This document shows positions 37,101 through 50,173 of a stretch of 64,000 bases of DNA, piece by piece (the stretch's first letter is position 1; every line of letters begins with the position of its first letter). The notes under the pieces are model-generated. The model was not told the origin of the DNA. It made no database searches and was given only the letters and a program-made list of their open reading frames with translations. Source of the DNA: Felis catus (lineage: Eukaryota); NCBI RefSeq assembly GCF_018350175.1, contig NC_058374.1, positions 139,996,001-140,060,000 of the forward strand, read 5' to 3'. A program made the position numbers and the translations under genes.

Positions 37101-39489
37101 CTTCTGTCCTCCACCAAAGCCTCGGGCCATGGTGGGGACTGGACATGCCCCCAATTACCCCGGGGGGAGCACGTTCACTAACCAGGGCTGGAGCTGGGGA
37201 ACGTCGTGTCGTCCACCCGCTAACCTGGCTGCACTCTGACGGTGACTCTAACCTGCCCAGCGGGCCAGTGGGACAGACACGATGGTTTGGGGCCACGTCA
37301 CGCTTCCCGCATCCTTGTGTTTTGTTGTTGTTGCTGCCGCTGCTGCTGGAAAACCCACCAAACGCAAACGTGATGTAGGAAACGAGTGAACAACTCTAAG
37401 TCAACAAGACCCGTCCCCAGACGCCCGGTGGGGCCATTCTGCCCCGCGTAAGATAAAGACCCGAGGGCGTCTCAGAAGCCAGGAACGACATTTCAGGGGA
37501 ATTAGAAGAAGATGCGTTTTTTTCTTTTTAAAATATGGGGGAAAAAAAACCTTTGCCTGCAGCATGTTTCCTTTTCTAAACTCGACAAGAGCCGTGTGCA
37601 AACACAACAAAATATCAGCTACAGTTTCCTCCTGGATGGCTATGGAGCCGCCCACCGTGAGGGATGCAGTTCAAGGCGCGCTGGCCATTTCATGCCCCTG
37701 CCATGAGCCCCAGCAGCCTCGGGCGGTGAGGAAGATATTCGCAAAACCAAGAAAATGCACTGGAAGGGTGCAATGAGTGTATTTGGTGAGGCCGGCAGCC
37801 AGGACAGACACGTGTAAGTGACCGCTGGCTTCCAAAGTCCCTGTCTTGAGGGAAGGCAGGATTCCTCCTCGCTTGGGGGTCATCCCAGCATCCACAGCTA
37901 ATTCTGCTCAGCGCACTTCGTTTTCCACACGGAGCCCAGAGCTGCTGAACTGTGGACTGATGCTGAGGGTCTTTGCTAAAACAAGATCCCGAAGCCCCGT
38001 GGCCACAAGTAACTTCCTCACCTCCTTCCCCCAACCCTGGGGCAGGCGTGACAGCACCCACCAATGTCCATGTCTGTTTCCCTGTGCGGACCCAGGAGGG
38101 CCAGCCCCCAGGCAGTGTAGTGCACAAAGGGTCTGCCCTTGACCGACGGGCTGCACGTGGAGGTAACAGGTGCACTTACCTCAAAGACACCGTTCCCTAA
38201 ATTCCCCTCCCACCCTGCTGGCCGGGAAGGCTACGCTCTACGTGGTCCAGCCTCGGAAAGATGGGGCTTCCATCAGCCTGGGGCCCCAAGAGACGCTGTG
38301 GAGCAAAGCCCCTGTGACATTCTGCAGAACAGGCATCTGTGTGCGTGCATGGGTGCGTGTGCGTGGGCAAGACAGCGGTTATTCCACGCTGATGCATTAA
38401 GACAAACAACAAACGTGACTGATCCTGGCTGATACATCCCTCAGGACTCTCCACCTACACCCACTAAACGGGAACCCCCCCGCCAGCTCTTGCCGCCTGC
38501 AGGGTACAGCGGAATTGGGGACGGCGGTCTCGTGAGGCTGGCTCATTCTTAATTTGAGTGCTGAGACGTCGTCCTTAGAGAGATGTGGAATTGGGCGAAG
38601 CCACTTGTAGAAACGTCCTTGGATAAGGAGTCTGGGCTGCCTTCGGAGGGACACAAGGCACCGCCGTCTTAGGTGGTCTGGGTGGAAAACACGGGTTTGT
38701 GAATCCCGGGACTCAGCGACGCTTTCACGCGTACTTCGGAGGGGTGCCCATCACTGACTTCCTAAGATGTCCCTCTGTTTTGCGTTCCTTGATAGTTCCC
38801 AGTGATTATACTTGGTTTACACGTGTTTTTCACTGAATTACGGCATAAATGATGGTTATTTAGCCTTCTTGGGGAACCACGCCCAGAGGTATGCGTCTGT
38901 TGGCCCCACATCGGTGGCGTTTATTCCCGGTTAACTTGGTTAACCACTCGCATGGCTCCTAGTTTCCATTTTGAAATTAGCAAGTAATCTCTAGGGTGGC
39001 CCCGAGATGAGCAAATGTCCTGTCCCCTGACCATCCCGGCCGCATTTCCCAGAGCAAACCACTGAGGACGCACAGCAGAACCCCCTGCTTCTTTCTTGCG
39101 GATGATTGCTTCCCAAGTCCCTGGTCCCTCCGAGGCCCGTCAGCGGGCATTCCACGCTTCCCACCCCCCGCACCCACCCCTTTATAAGCTTACGCACAGG
39201 CTTGTTTGTACGTATTATGTATTTATTGGAAGTGTGCACTCGCCGACACTTGTTTGTTTACCGGGCATTAACCCATCACTTGTACCTATTTGGTGCCCAG
39301 GTCTGGCCGTGGGGGCCCACGCGGCTGGCAGGGCCACCTTCCCGCCTGCCGCGTGGGGTCTGTGAGTGCGCCGCGAGCTTCTGGCTCACACCGGAGTCTG
39401 CGCTCCTCCGTGGAGCCCTGGGGCCTTTTAGGAAGGCGTGTCCGTGACATGAAACGTAAGAGCTGAGCACCGTTCCGGACCCAAGGAGG

Positions 39490-39860
39490 GTGAGGAAGTG
39501 TGACAGCTACTGGACCCCGGGTTGGGTTCTGATCCAGAAAACAAGGCCCTGAAAGACATTGCTGAGACATCATTAGATGAGATTACTTAACCGCCGACAA
39601 AGTCCCGTGATTATTTAAGAGAATGTCCCCAGTCTTGGCAAACACACTCAGGGAAGGAGGAGTAAGAGTCTTGCCCCGAGTGGCGCCCTCAAGGCGCTCA
39701 CGCAGCAGCGGTAACAGGAGTAAGGAATGAAAAGAGCGCACAGCACATCCAGCAAAATATTGCAAACGGGTGAATCTGCATAAAAAGGGACAATAGGGGT
39801 TTCTACGCTGTCTTTTCAGTATTTTTGAGTGAAATTATCTCAAGATAAATACTTACAAAA
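39490..39860 (+). mobile_element. Old L1 3' end fragment (L1MC/ME-like)
   Basis: AAAGACATTGCTGAGACA, GAGAATGTCCCCAGTCTTGG, AAAATATTGCAAACGGGTGAATCTG. Confidence 0.45.
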
Positions 39861-40049
39861 AGAGAGAGACACTGAAAATAAGAGTTCACCTGCTGTAGTC
39901 ATCACGGCCTCATGGGCTCTGCCCACTGGAGCCCTCAGCGAGCCCAGGGGTGACATCTGTCCCCCAGGACCACAAGCAGGGAGATGCTGTGCGGGGCGGG
40001 TGGGGGGCTCACACTGGAGGGCCAGGCAGGTAGGAGGGCTGGGGGGGTA

Positions 40050-40209
40050 TTTGTTTTACTTTATTTTAGAGGAAGAGAGAGAGCAAGCTCAGAGGAGGGG
40101 CAGAGACAGAAAGAGAGAGGGAGAGAGAGTCTCAAGCAGGCTCCACACTCAGATTCGGGACTCGAACTCATGACCCTGAAATCAAACGACTGAGCCACCC
40201 AGGCGCCCC
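40050..40209 (-). mobile_element. Can-SINE (internally deleted)
   Basis: Ends in GACTGAGCCACCCAGGCGCCCC. Confidence 0.9.
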
Positions 40210-41414
40210 TGGGATTTCTACAAGCCCTTACTGAACAGGTAACGAAGTCACAATAATCCTGAAGAAGACGGAACAAGTATGTCCTCCCAACCCTTCTCTC
40301 TACTCAGCGAGGAGGTGGGTGGTCAGAACCGGGGTGAAGCTGGCACGGGGCTCTCAGCGAGCGAGCGGTCTTGGGGTGACCGACGCCCGTCTGCTCCTGA
40401 GTCACATGAGGCAGCTGACACATCCTGGCCACCAGGCTGGCTGGGGCACGTGCAGGGACGCACCGGTGAGCCCGACCCGGCAGCTGTCACCCCCCTGCAG
40501 GTCAGGGCCACATCCTCAGAGGCCGACACCCCAGCAAGAAGGCTCACTGTGACTTTGGTGGAAGACGAGCAGAGGGATGCAGGACAGAGGCTCCCCGCGG
40601 GGCAGGAGGCAGCTGGCTTCTCCAAGACTTTCAGCAACACCAACCCTTCCGGGAAATGTGCTTCTTTTCACAACGTGCATCAAATAGAATAAAACCATCT
40701 AAACAAGCGAGACTCAAAAGCTTGCTTCTGACTTAAGCAAATGGATTTCAGTTTGCAGTCTGAGAGTCTGGAGTTACATTTTGGAGTCACTTTGCACAGT
40801 CCTGCTCTTAGAATAGTTTTCAAAGGGAGAAAATGCCTACAGCAAAGATTCCCAATTCAACAGCCTCTTCCTTTGCTCTCCCTCAGCCTGGCTCCCGAGG
40901 CGCAAAGAGGTGCAGGTTCCTCGAGCCGCTGTCCCTCTCGGAGCCGGCGACAGATGAGACGCGTCGGGCCGCCGAGCTGGGGCCCGGCTGTGCAGGCGGC
41001 CGCGCATTTAGGACGCGTGTTGGGCCGGGGCCGTGCGTGCGCTGAGCCGACCGACCACGCAAAGCGCCCACCTTGGACGCTGGCTGAGGAAACGTGTTTG
41101 TTCACTGTTTCCAGAGCAAGCATTTAACTGCTCCCGGGAGAGACCTCGGCGCAAGTTCAGAGCCACAGGGTAACAGCAGCAAGTGCCTTGCGCAGCGTGG
41201 CCAGCGCCTCTGCCCACAGGTGGCCTCCCCGTCCTGCCCCCCGTGGCTGCTTGCCGCTCTCTGGGGCGCCAGAGCGAGGGCCCGCCCACCACACCACAGG
41301 GGGCAGTTCCACACCCCTGCCAAATGCGTTCATCTCTGGAGCTGACAGGTGCTTCTGCCGTGCGTTCCCTGCCTGGCGTCACCCCACATTGGAAAGAGGC
41401 GGGACGCAGGGCAC

Positions 41415-41650
41415 AGGGCGCCTGGAGGCCCAGTCAGTTGGGCGTCCCAATGCAATTCAGGTCGTGATCTCGCCATTTGTGGGTTCCAGCCCCACACGGG
41501 GCTCTGTGTTTTCAGTGCACAGTCCGCTTCAGACCTCTGTCCTCCTCTCTCTCTGTCCCTCCCTGCTTGCCCTCACTCCTCTCTCTCTCTCTCTCTCAAA
41601 AATAAAAATTAGAAAATATATTAAAAAATTAAAAAGAATAAGAATAAAAA
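41415..41650 (+). mobile_element. Can-SINE, diverged
   Basis: GGGCGCCTGGAGGCCCAGTCAGTTG head, CT tract, A-tail. Confidence 0.88.
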
Positions 41651-41747
41651 GAGGCAGGACGCATCGGGCACAGTCCCTGCCACCTCCCTGGACTGGGGTG
41701 GGGGCGGGAGGCTCTCCCACAAGCAAGTGGTCCCTGCCAGCACGGCG

Positions 41748-42147
41748 TCCCACCAGTACGGGGTCCCTCCAACACGGGGTCCCCACCAGCATGGGGTCCC
41801 GCCTGCACAGGGTCCCCACCAGCATGGGGTCACTCCACCACGGGGCCCCCACCAGCATGGGGTCCCTCCAGCACGGGGTCCCATCAGCATGGGGTCCCGC
41901 CTGCACAGGGTCCCTACCAGCATGGGGTCCCTCCAGCACAGGGTCCCCACCAGCATGGGGTCCCTCCAGCACGGGGTCCCCACCAGCATGGGGTCCCTCC
42001 AGCACAGGGTCCCCACCAGCATGGGGTCCCTCCAGCACGGGGTCCCCACCAGCATGGGGTCCCTCCAGCACGGGGTCCCCAACAGCATGGGGTCCCCAAC
42101 AGCATGGGGTCCCTCCAGCACGGGGTCCCATCAGCACGGGGTCCCAC
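41748..42147. repeat. 33-bp (17+16) minisatellite GGGGTCCCCACCAGCATGGGGTCCCTCCAGCAC, about 12 units
   Basis: Tandem units visible directly; they produce the repetitive ORFs in the track. Confidence 0.95.
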
Positions 42148-43159
42148 GGCCACCTTGTTCCCAGAGCTCCCAGCAGACAGCAGGGTCCGTCCAGCTCCTT
42201 CTGAAAATGTCCTTCCTCCCAGCCTCCACCCTGCTGTCTCCTTGTCTCCTACCTCCTCACCCTGCTCCCCGCCAGCTTGACCTCCAGCCTCGCGTCCTCA
42301 CCGGGCTTGAGCTTCAGGACAGTCTCCCTGCAGCCATCCCCATCCCGGACCCCAGATTCATCTGCAGGCGTCTTCCCTGCCCCCTCCTTCCTTCCCATCC
42401 CCCCGAAGTTACACCCCGACACCCCACATCTACAGCCCTGCCTGTGACTCTGTGCTCTTGACTTCTCCTCAAAGCCCGCCTCTCCGCAGGCCTCCCCCTT
42501 CTGCAAATTAGAAGTTCTTTCAGTTTCTTGGGACAAAGTCAGTGGGACCCAGTAGTCTGACCTCATGACCTCCCAAAGACCCAGGGCCTGAGACCACGCC
42601 ATCCGGGGGCTTCCACATTGGGGGAGGGCCACTCGGGACAGAGCAGGGTCCCTTCAAGAACGTGCCTGGAATCTTGGTTCTTGTGACGATAATAGGTGAC
42701 CCCCTCCAGGAATGTGAGCCACATGGTGGCTGAGGCCAGTCCCCTCCGCCCCCCACCCCCACCCCGCAGCTGTGTCCCCGCGTGTGGAAGAGTGCTCCCG
42801 GAATATATGCTGACCAGGACCCAGAATGCCACGCATGATTTCGTGACCCCCTAACACTCAGGCCTCGTCTCCCACCACACGTCGCTCACTAGATGTTTGT
42901 TGAATCAATGAGCGAAGGCCCGTGGGACGTGTTGCACAGATGTTTCAGGGAGACCTGTGTGCACAGTCTGAAGGGAAGGGTGTGGGGAGGCTCAAATACA
43001 GGGGCTAGATGTGGGGAGTGACGGAGAGTTTGCTCCCAGGAGAATGTGGACGGCATGGGGACAGCAATGGGACTGTCTCCTTCCCCCTGTGCTCCCTGCA
43101 CCTCAGCAGGTGGTTAGCAAGCAGGATGTACCTGGTGCTTGTCATGAGGATGTGGACTG

Positions 43160-43880
43160 AGAACAGGGGAGGGGGAGGGAGGACGAAGGGAGGGAGAGGG
43201 GCAAAGGGAGAACTGGAGGGGGAGGGACAGAGAGAGAAGGGAGGTGGAAGGGATAGGAGGGGGAAAGGAGAAGGGTGGGGAGAAGAATGGAGGGAAGGGG
43301 GAGGGGAGGAGGAAGGGACAGGGTAGGGGAAAGCGGGGGAGGGAGGAAGAGAGAGGGAAGAGAAGGGGGAAGAAGAGAGGGAGAAGGGAAAGGGGGAGGG
43401 GTAAGGAGGCAGTTGAGGGAGGAAGTAAGGGAGGAAAGAGGGGAAGGGAGGGAGAGAGAAGGGGCGGTGGGGGGAAGAAAGCAGGGGGAGGGGATGGCAG
43501 GGTAAGGGAAGGGGAGAAGGAGGTGGAGGCGATGGGGGGAGGGGGAAGGGAGGGAGAGAGAAAAGAAGGGGGAGGGAAGGAAAGAGAAGGGAGGGGTGAA
43601 GGAGGGAGGAAGACAGAGGGGAGGGGATGGCAGGGCAAAGGGGTAAAGGGAGGGGGAGGGAGGGGGAGGAGAGGAGGGAGGAGTAGAGGGGGGAGGAAGA
43701 GAGGGGAAAGGAAGGGGAGAAGGAGGTAGAGGTGGTGGGGGAAGTGGGGAGGGAAGGAAAGAGAAGGGAGGGGCTAAAGAGGAAGGAAGGCAGGGAGGAG
43801 GGGAAGGGAGCAGGAAGGGGTAAAGGGGGAGGGAGGACGGGGGAGGGAGGAAGGGGGAAGAAAGGGCGGGGAGAGAGAGG
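43160..43880. repeat. Polypurine (GA-rich) low-complexity tract
   Basis: About 720 bp almost exclusively G/A. Confidence 0.95.
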
Positions 43881-43897
43881 GTCCCTTCTATTGCCAG

Positions 43898-45399
43898 GGG
43901 TCCTCACACTCTCCTGACTCCACACGTGGACCCACCACTGGAAGTCTGTCTACACATCTAACCGGAGGCGTGGCCCCTTTCCTGGGACGTGGTCCTGGGC
44001 AGGCGTGTATTTCAACGTCTGCGACTTCTCTCCCTTTGGAAAAGCCCACGCTCTTGGCCGGTGACCTGAGGACACCGCCCGAAGTCACCTCACTTGAACT
44101 CCTGTCGGGCACCGGCTTCGGAAATCTGTGCGTCCCTCGGCCTGGGCGCCCCGCGAGCGGCCGCCGTCCCTGCAGTGCAGCTGGGCTGGCGGTTCCGAAC
44201 CGCGGACTTGCTGCTCCTGCGGCGGGGGCGGCAGCAGGCCCGTGGGGTGCACGCGCCCGTGAGGCTCCGCGACCTGGTCCCGGGAGTTCAGAGGCAGAGG
44301 CTGGTCCGCAGCCGCAGGCCGTTGTCCCCGCCCGTGTTCCCGCACGCACGGAGCAGGTGGGGAGGTGGGCGTCCCCGGAAGGGCGTCCACGGCCTTCGCG
44401 GTCGGGGACAAGCCTCTGGGGCTCTGCGGGCGGCCGGCCCGGGGCCACGAGCTCCGGAATCAGGGCCCAAAGGTCTGGGCCCCTCTGCCCCGAAAGGCGA
44501 CGCGCTTGGACCTCAGCCGCGCCGGGCGCTTTGCTCGAGGAAACTCTCAAACCAGACAAGTTGCCTTTGCGAGGAAGCGTCCCCCCCAGACTTGGCCGCG
44601 TGGCTCTGCTCTTTTTCTCCCCGGCGCACACCTGCGGTGGTTTTCCGTGGGAGCCTGAGGGCCCGCGGTGTCTTCCCGCGACCGTGGGGGCCCCAGCGCC
44701 TTGTCCCCGGCCTGCCCGCCTCTGGGTCAACAAAGGCCGGGCTCCTCCACCTGGCGGCCCCACGGCAGCGGACTGGGGACCCCCGGCGCTGACGCTGCGC
44801 TCTGTCGCGGCACACACGCCTTCCGGCTCCTTCTCCACCCGGGGGACGGGGCCTCCCTGGCGTGGCTCTGCCATGGGCCGCCCCTGGGAATCCGTGCGTG
44901 TCACTGCCCGGGGAGCCCGGGCGCTGCCGGCTGCAGAGTCCACGACGTCCACGCAGGGAGAAGAGGCGGGTTTCACCCAAACTCAAGAGTCCTTCCCGGC
45001 TCTGCGCCAGGGCCTGGGGAGGACGCTGAGCGCCCAGCCGCGTCCGCAATCACCCCGACAGCGTGGCCCTGAACACGCGGCGCGTAAGGACCTTGGGGAG
45101 CCGGCCGGAGATGCCACTGCCCTCGTCACTGAGGGAGGGCCCTCCGGCGCCCTCAGCAAGTCCCCGTTTCCTTCGGGGCAGGTCCCGGGACCGCCGGGGT
45201 CAAAGGTCAAGCGAGAGCACCCTCAGCAGAAGGGGCCGCTGTGGAGGTCGGGTCCCGGATGGCAGGGTGGGTCAGAGGGGGCCCCGGAGCAAGGGCCTTC
45301 CCGTGCAGAGGCCCCCAGGGACGCTCGGGCAGAAAGTTCTCGAGTGGACGGACTCAGGAGTATGGAAGCCCTCAGGAGCACGGGCACAGCACGACTTGG
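43898..45399 (+). CDS. Candidate large coding exon (500 open codons, Pro/Gly/Ala/Arg-rich, uncharacterised) within a CpG island
   Basis: Acceptor cccttctattgccag| at 43897 and donor GG|GTAAGT at 45399/45400. The frame is open between them (track ORF 43970-45403 extended upstream). No recognised homologue; high GC inflates ORF length. Confidence 0.35.
43950..45350. promoter_or_regulatory. CpG island-like segment
   Basis: Roughly 70% GC by eye with dense undepleted CpG over about 1.4 kb. Confidence 0.6.
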
Positions 45400-45624
45400 G
45401 TAAGTCGTTAGCACGGTGGGACAAATGCACCCCGTGGGGCTGTGAACTTTGCAAACTATTTTCCAGGGAAGGACAGGGTCCTGTGGCCAGTGAGGATCAA
45501 CGCAGGTGTCGCTGAACACTCGTGGGGGGCGGCTGAGTGGGAAGTCCCGGCACCACTGACCACCAGCACCCCAGCTGGGCACTCACAGATGGTTCTCTCT
45601 CTGGAGAGAAGTGGAAATGGGGAG

Positions 45625-46265
45625 CCCCACCTCCTCCTGGCCCCTCCTCCTCCTCCTGGCCCCTCCTCCTCCTCCTGGCCCCTCCTCCTCCTCATGGCCC
45701 CTCCTCATCATGGCCCCTCCTCCTCCTCATGGCCCCTCCTCCTCCTCATGGCCCCTCCTCCTCCTCATGGCCCCTCCTCCTCATGGCCCCTCCTCCTCCT
45801 CATGGCCCCTCCTCCTCCTCCTCCTCCTCCTCCTGGCCTCTCCTCCTCCTGATCCTCCTCTTCTTCCTGGCCCCTCCTCCTCGTGGTTCCTCCTCCTCCT
45901 CATGGCCCCTCCTCCTCCCCTAGCCCCTCCTCCTCCTGGCCCCTCCTCCTCCTCCTGGCCCCTCCTCCTCCTCCTGGCCCCTCCTCCTCCTCCTGGCCCC
46001 TCCTCCTCCTCATGGTCCCTCCTCCTCCTCTTCCTGGCCCCTCCTCCTCCTCATGGCCCCTCCTCCTCATGGCCCCTCCTCTTCACCCCTCCTCCTCCTC
46101 CTGGCCCCTCCTCCTCCTCCTGGCCTCTCCTCTTCCTGGTCCTCCTCTTCTTCCTGGCCCCTCCTCCTCATGGCCCCTCCTCCTCCTCATGGCCCCTCCT
46201 ACTTATGGCCCCTCCTCCTCCCCTAGCCCCTCCTCCTCTTCCTGGCCCCTCCTCCTCCTGGCCTC
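45625..46265. repeat. (CCT)n-based minisatellite with GGCCC/ATGGCCC spacers
   Basis: Repeated GGCCCCTCCTCCTCCTC(C/A)T units of variable length. Confidence 0.95.
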
Positions 46266-46388
46266 TGCAGCGCCCCCACTTCTCGCGCAAAATTACTGCA
46301 TTTCAGACCCTCCTGTTCCTTCTTCGGAACTGACCTGGAGGAGATAATTACCAACAGCACTTAGCACCCCGCTTCTCTCTTCTTATAG

Positions 46389-46426
46389 AACGTGGGGATC
46401 CTTGAACGTATTGTTGCATTAAACAT
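46389..46426 (+). other. Candidate 38-nt exon
   Basis: Strong acceptor cttctctcttcttatag| and donor CAT|GTGAGT. Spliced to the exon ending at 45399 it reads GTWGSLNVLLH* (TAA 46420-46422). Confidence 0.35.
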
Positions 46427-46539
46427 GTGAGTAACCGGCTTGGGGCTGCGTGTGCTTGGTTAGGGTTCTCCCATTAACGCCCACGCGTTCCAAACCCAAT
46501 GTTGCACAAATCTGCCTCGCATCGGAGATGTTGTGTGCT

Positions 46540-46553
46540 GTTTCCATGGAAAC
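46540..46553. promoter_or_regulatory. Perfect palindromic RFX X-box GTTTCCATGGAAAC
   Basis: Exact 14-bp palindrome matching the RFX consensus GTTNCCATGGNAAC, in a non-repetitive AT-richer block. Confidence 0.55.
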
Positions 46554-49189
46554 CTTCTCCCCCACCCTGCCGTCGCTGCCACTCCCTGGTTTTAAGCTTA
46601 ATTCTGTAAAAACATGCAATTCAGCTGGCAGGCACTTTCAGATTTAAATATAGAGATTGGATTAAATTGGTGTAGAAGCTATGTTTGAATCCATAGCGCA
46701 CGAAACGAATAAAATCCGATAATGTTACGGAATGTGGGAGAAAACTGAGATGGGGGGGTACAGCCCCATCAGACACTTTCTTCAATGTCAAATTATGCTT
46801 GATTTAGCTTTAGTTTTTGGTATTTCATTAACATGTGTGCTAAGACATCTCTGAGGGGAAAAATTAGTTTGGGTTTTTTTTGTTGTTGTTGTTGTTTTTG
46901 TTTTTTTTTTTTTTAAGTGAGGCTCTGTTCTGCTTGCATAACTCGCTTTCTGCCTCAGTGTGTGGTAGGACGCCCAAAGGCTGCGGCTCCTTCCCGCCTT
47001 TGGCCCTGAGAGGTGAGTGGGCCTTAGGACGTGCTCTGGCCAATGAACAGAGCGGGACAGACGTGCAAATCGCGCACATCTTGAGCCAGTCTCACGAAGC
47101 CACGCATGCTCCAGTTCTTGTTTTGGGAAACCTTCGACCCTCACCGCCAGGAGCGGAAGCTCCCGCTAACCCACGGGGAGGGGAGGTACCCGGGGGCGGC
47201 CGCCCGGTCAGCCCGCGACAGACCCCGGGATCAACCAGCCAGGGCCAAGGGAATGGCCCGGCTGAGCCCAACCCACAAGACAACGAGCTACATAGATGAC
47301 TGTTTTTTTCACTTCGAGGTCTGGGGTGTTTTGTGCAACAAAAGCTGACTCTGCTACGCTGTCCGACAATGAAGCGTTAGATTGTGTTTGTTGCATGGAA
47401 ATAGGAAGCAAAGAAACCCTGATAGCCTTGCTTTTTAACGCGGGGCGTTGAATGGTGTCCAGGTGAGCGGGGAGCACGGTCTTCACGCAACCCCGTGGGG
47501 TTCAGATCCGAAGATCTGTGCACAGGGCCGCTCCTGTCTCCATCCCCACACGGCTGACAAGGGGGTCCTGCAAGGCAGACCCTACCTGGGCCCGGTGACT
47601 CGGGGCTCTCAGTCGCCCCCGCCCCCCCCCCCCCCCGGCCCTTTCTCTGGTTTGATCACTGAGTGCAAACGGACCACACGTGGAATTTAAGAACGATGCT
47701 CCAGATCGTTTTGTACAGGCTGTTCTGGTCTCCCACTTGACTCCCCAAACAGTGCTCGGGAACCCACGAAGTAGCAAAGTGAACGCTTGGGCACGCACAT
47801 GAACTCCTGTGTGTTGAGTGAGAAGGGACAGCTCTGGCTGTCGGCACGCGTTGGGTGTGAGCAGAAGGAAGGTCTGTCGGTGACTACAGAGGTGCCGCTG
47901 TGCGCTCCGGCCTCAGGGCGCGTGTGTGACGGGCTCCCGTCCTCGCGGTGCCCTGGCACGTGGGGTCATCACAGGCACTTCGCGAACGGCGCTTGACGCA
48001 GGAAAGGCGTTTCCAGATGAAAGACCGTTAACCTTCTTTGGAGGGCTTACCTTCCACACGCAGAACCGGCATGCTCGCGGGACCGCAGACACCCCCGTGG
48101 TGCCGTCCTCGCGTCGCACGCGACACACAGCTGACACCCACACTCTGCTCTCCATCACATCTTGCGTCTACCCACGGAAGTGAGCCACGCTGCGGGCGAG
48201 AAAGCGGGCAAACGCCCAGGGTCTGCTCCCGTGGGCCGCTGCCTCTTTGGTGACACTCAGATGGACGGCTTGGCCCCCGTATCAGCGATTTTTGCTGTTC
48301 CGAATACCGAGGGCATCGGACGTTTCGGATCTGTAATCTCGTCTGATCTCTCCAACCACCCTGCAAGGCAGATGGCATTATCCTATTGAAAAGATTAAGA
48401 CACAGAGGCTCGGAAAGGAGGAAGCCTGCCAAGGTCAAAGGCAGTAGGGGAGGAGCTGAGATCTGAACCCCACGGAGGGAGCGGAGGGATGCCCCAGCAG
48501 CGCCCCGGTCTGTTGCTTGGTTTGCTGTCAGAGCGGGACCCTCTCCAGGGGAGGCTGCCTCTGGGACATCTTCCCCCCAAAGTACCGGGAAGACTCCGAC
48601 TGAGAGACAACATACCCCATTTGCGTGTTTCTTGAAAAACAACCATTTGGGGTTGTGCAAAGTATTCAGGAGCCAAATGGCAGCTCAAAATGATTGGGGG
48701 AAGTGCATTCGTGACAATCCAAAGTGCTCCATCAGGGCGAACGCGTCGGGCGAATGTTCAGGGGCGACCGTAGACCATCTGCCGCGGGGGAGCCGCTGCC
48801 AGCTCGTGCGCCACGAGCACCGTGGCAAGAAAAGACCCCCGCGTGGTTACTGGCCACCAACACGTTGAGATGTTTTTGTCACCAAATTCCAGGACAGGAT
48901 CCAGACCCACCAAAGCATGTTTAATGCACGTGGGCAACTCCCGCATCTCACTTATCTTTCCAAGGCTAAGATACTATTACCAAGTGCACAACAGTCAGCG
49001 CTAATTATCGCTCGGTCGACTTGCCTGCCTTTGTCATTAAGGCAGGAGTAACATGTTGCTAATTCTATGTTCAATTCCAAGAAGCATCCCTCTGCACCTG
49101 CTCCCTTTCGGGAAGGCTGGCTCCGGGAAGCGGGGGGTGTTCTCCAGTGTCATCTGCTCGACAGGAATGGACCCTACTGTGTGCCTGCC

Positions 49190-50173
49190 TCCCTCTCCTC
49201 CCCCTCTTCCCTTTCCCCTCCTCCCCTCCCCTCCACTACCCCTCCTCCCTTTCCCCCCACTCCCCCTCCTCCCTTTCCGTCTCCTCCCCCTCCTCCCTTT
49301 GCCCTCCTCCCGTCCCCTCCACTACCCCTCCTCTCTTTCCCTCCACTACCCCTCCTCTCTTTCCCTCTCCTCCCCCTCCTCCCTTTGCCCTCCTCCCGTC
49401 CCCTCCACTACCCCTCCTCCCCTTCCCTCCACTACCCCTCCTCCCTTTCCCTCTCCTTCCCCTCCTTCCTTTGCCCTCCTCCCCCCCTTCCACTTCCCCT
49501 CCTCCCCTTCCCTCCACTACCCCTCCTCCCTTTCCCTCTCCTCCCCCTCCTTCCTTTGCCCTCCTCCCCTCCCCTCCACTCTCCCTCCTCCCCTTCCCTC
49601 CACTACCCCTCTTCCCTTTCCCTCTCCTCTTCCTCCTCCCTTTGCCCTCATCCCCTTCCCCCCACCACCCCTCCTCCCTTTCCCTCCCCTCCCCTTCCTT
49701 CCTTTCCTCCTCCTCCCCCTCCCCTCCACTCCCCCTCTTCCCTCTCCACTCCACTCCCCTTTCTCCCTTTCCCTCTCCTCCCCCTCCTTCCTTTGCCCTC
49801 CTCCCCTCCCCTCCACTATCCCTCCTCCCCTTCCCCCGACTCCCTCTCCTCCCTTTCCCTCTCCCCCCTCCTTCCTTTGCCCTCCTCCCCTCCCCTCCAC
49901 TCCCCCTCCTCCCCTTCCCTCCACTACCCCTCCTCCCTTTCCCTCTCCTCCCCTTCCTTCCTTTGCCCTCCTCCCCCCCTTCCACTTCCCCTCCTCCCCT
50001 TCCCCCCACCACCCCTCCTCCCTTTCCCTCCCCTCCCCTTCCTTCCTTTCCTCCTCCTCCCCCTCCCCTCCACTCCCCCTCTTCCCTCTCCACTCCACTC
50101 CCCTTTCTCCCTTTCCCCCTCCTCCCCCTCCCCCTTCTCCTTCCCACTCTCCCCCCTCCTCCCCTTCCTCCTC
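49190..50173. repeat. Polypyrimidine (CT-rich) tract with higher-order duplications
   Basis: About 980 bp of C/T with CCACTACCCCT and TTTGCCCT motifs; a block of about 110 bp recurs near 49660 and 50005. Confidence 0.95.

Noticed and set aside
41188-42461. Repetitive ORFs of 200-340 aa; superficially CRISPR-like periodicity
   Set aside because: These are a SINE plus a 33-bp minisatellite with no unique spacers, in eukaryotic DNA.
45442-46347. Collagen- or extensin-like ORFs
   Set aside because: Translation of the (CCT)n minisatellite.
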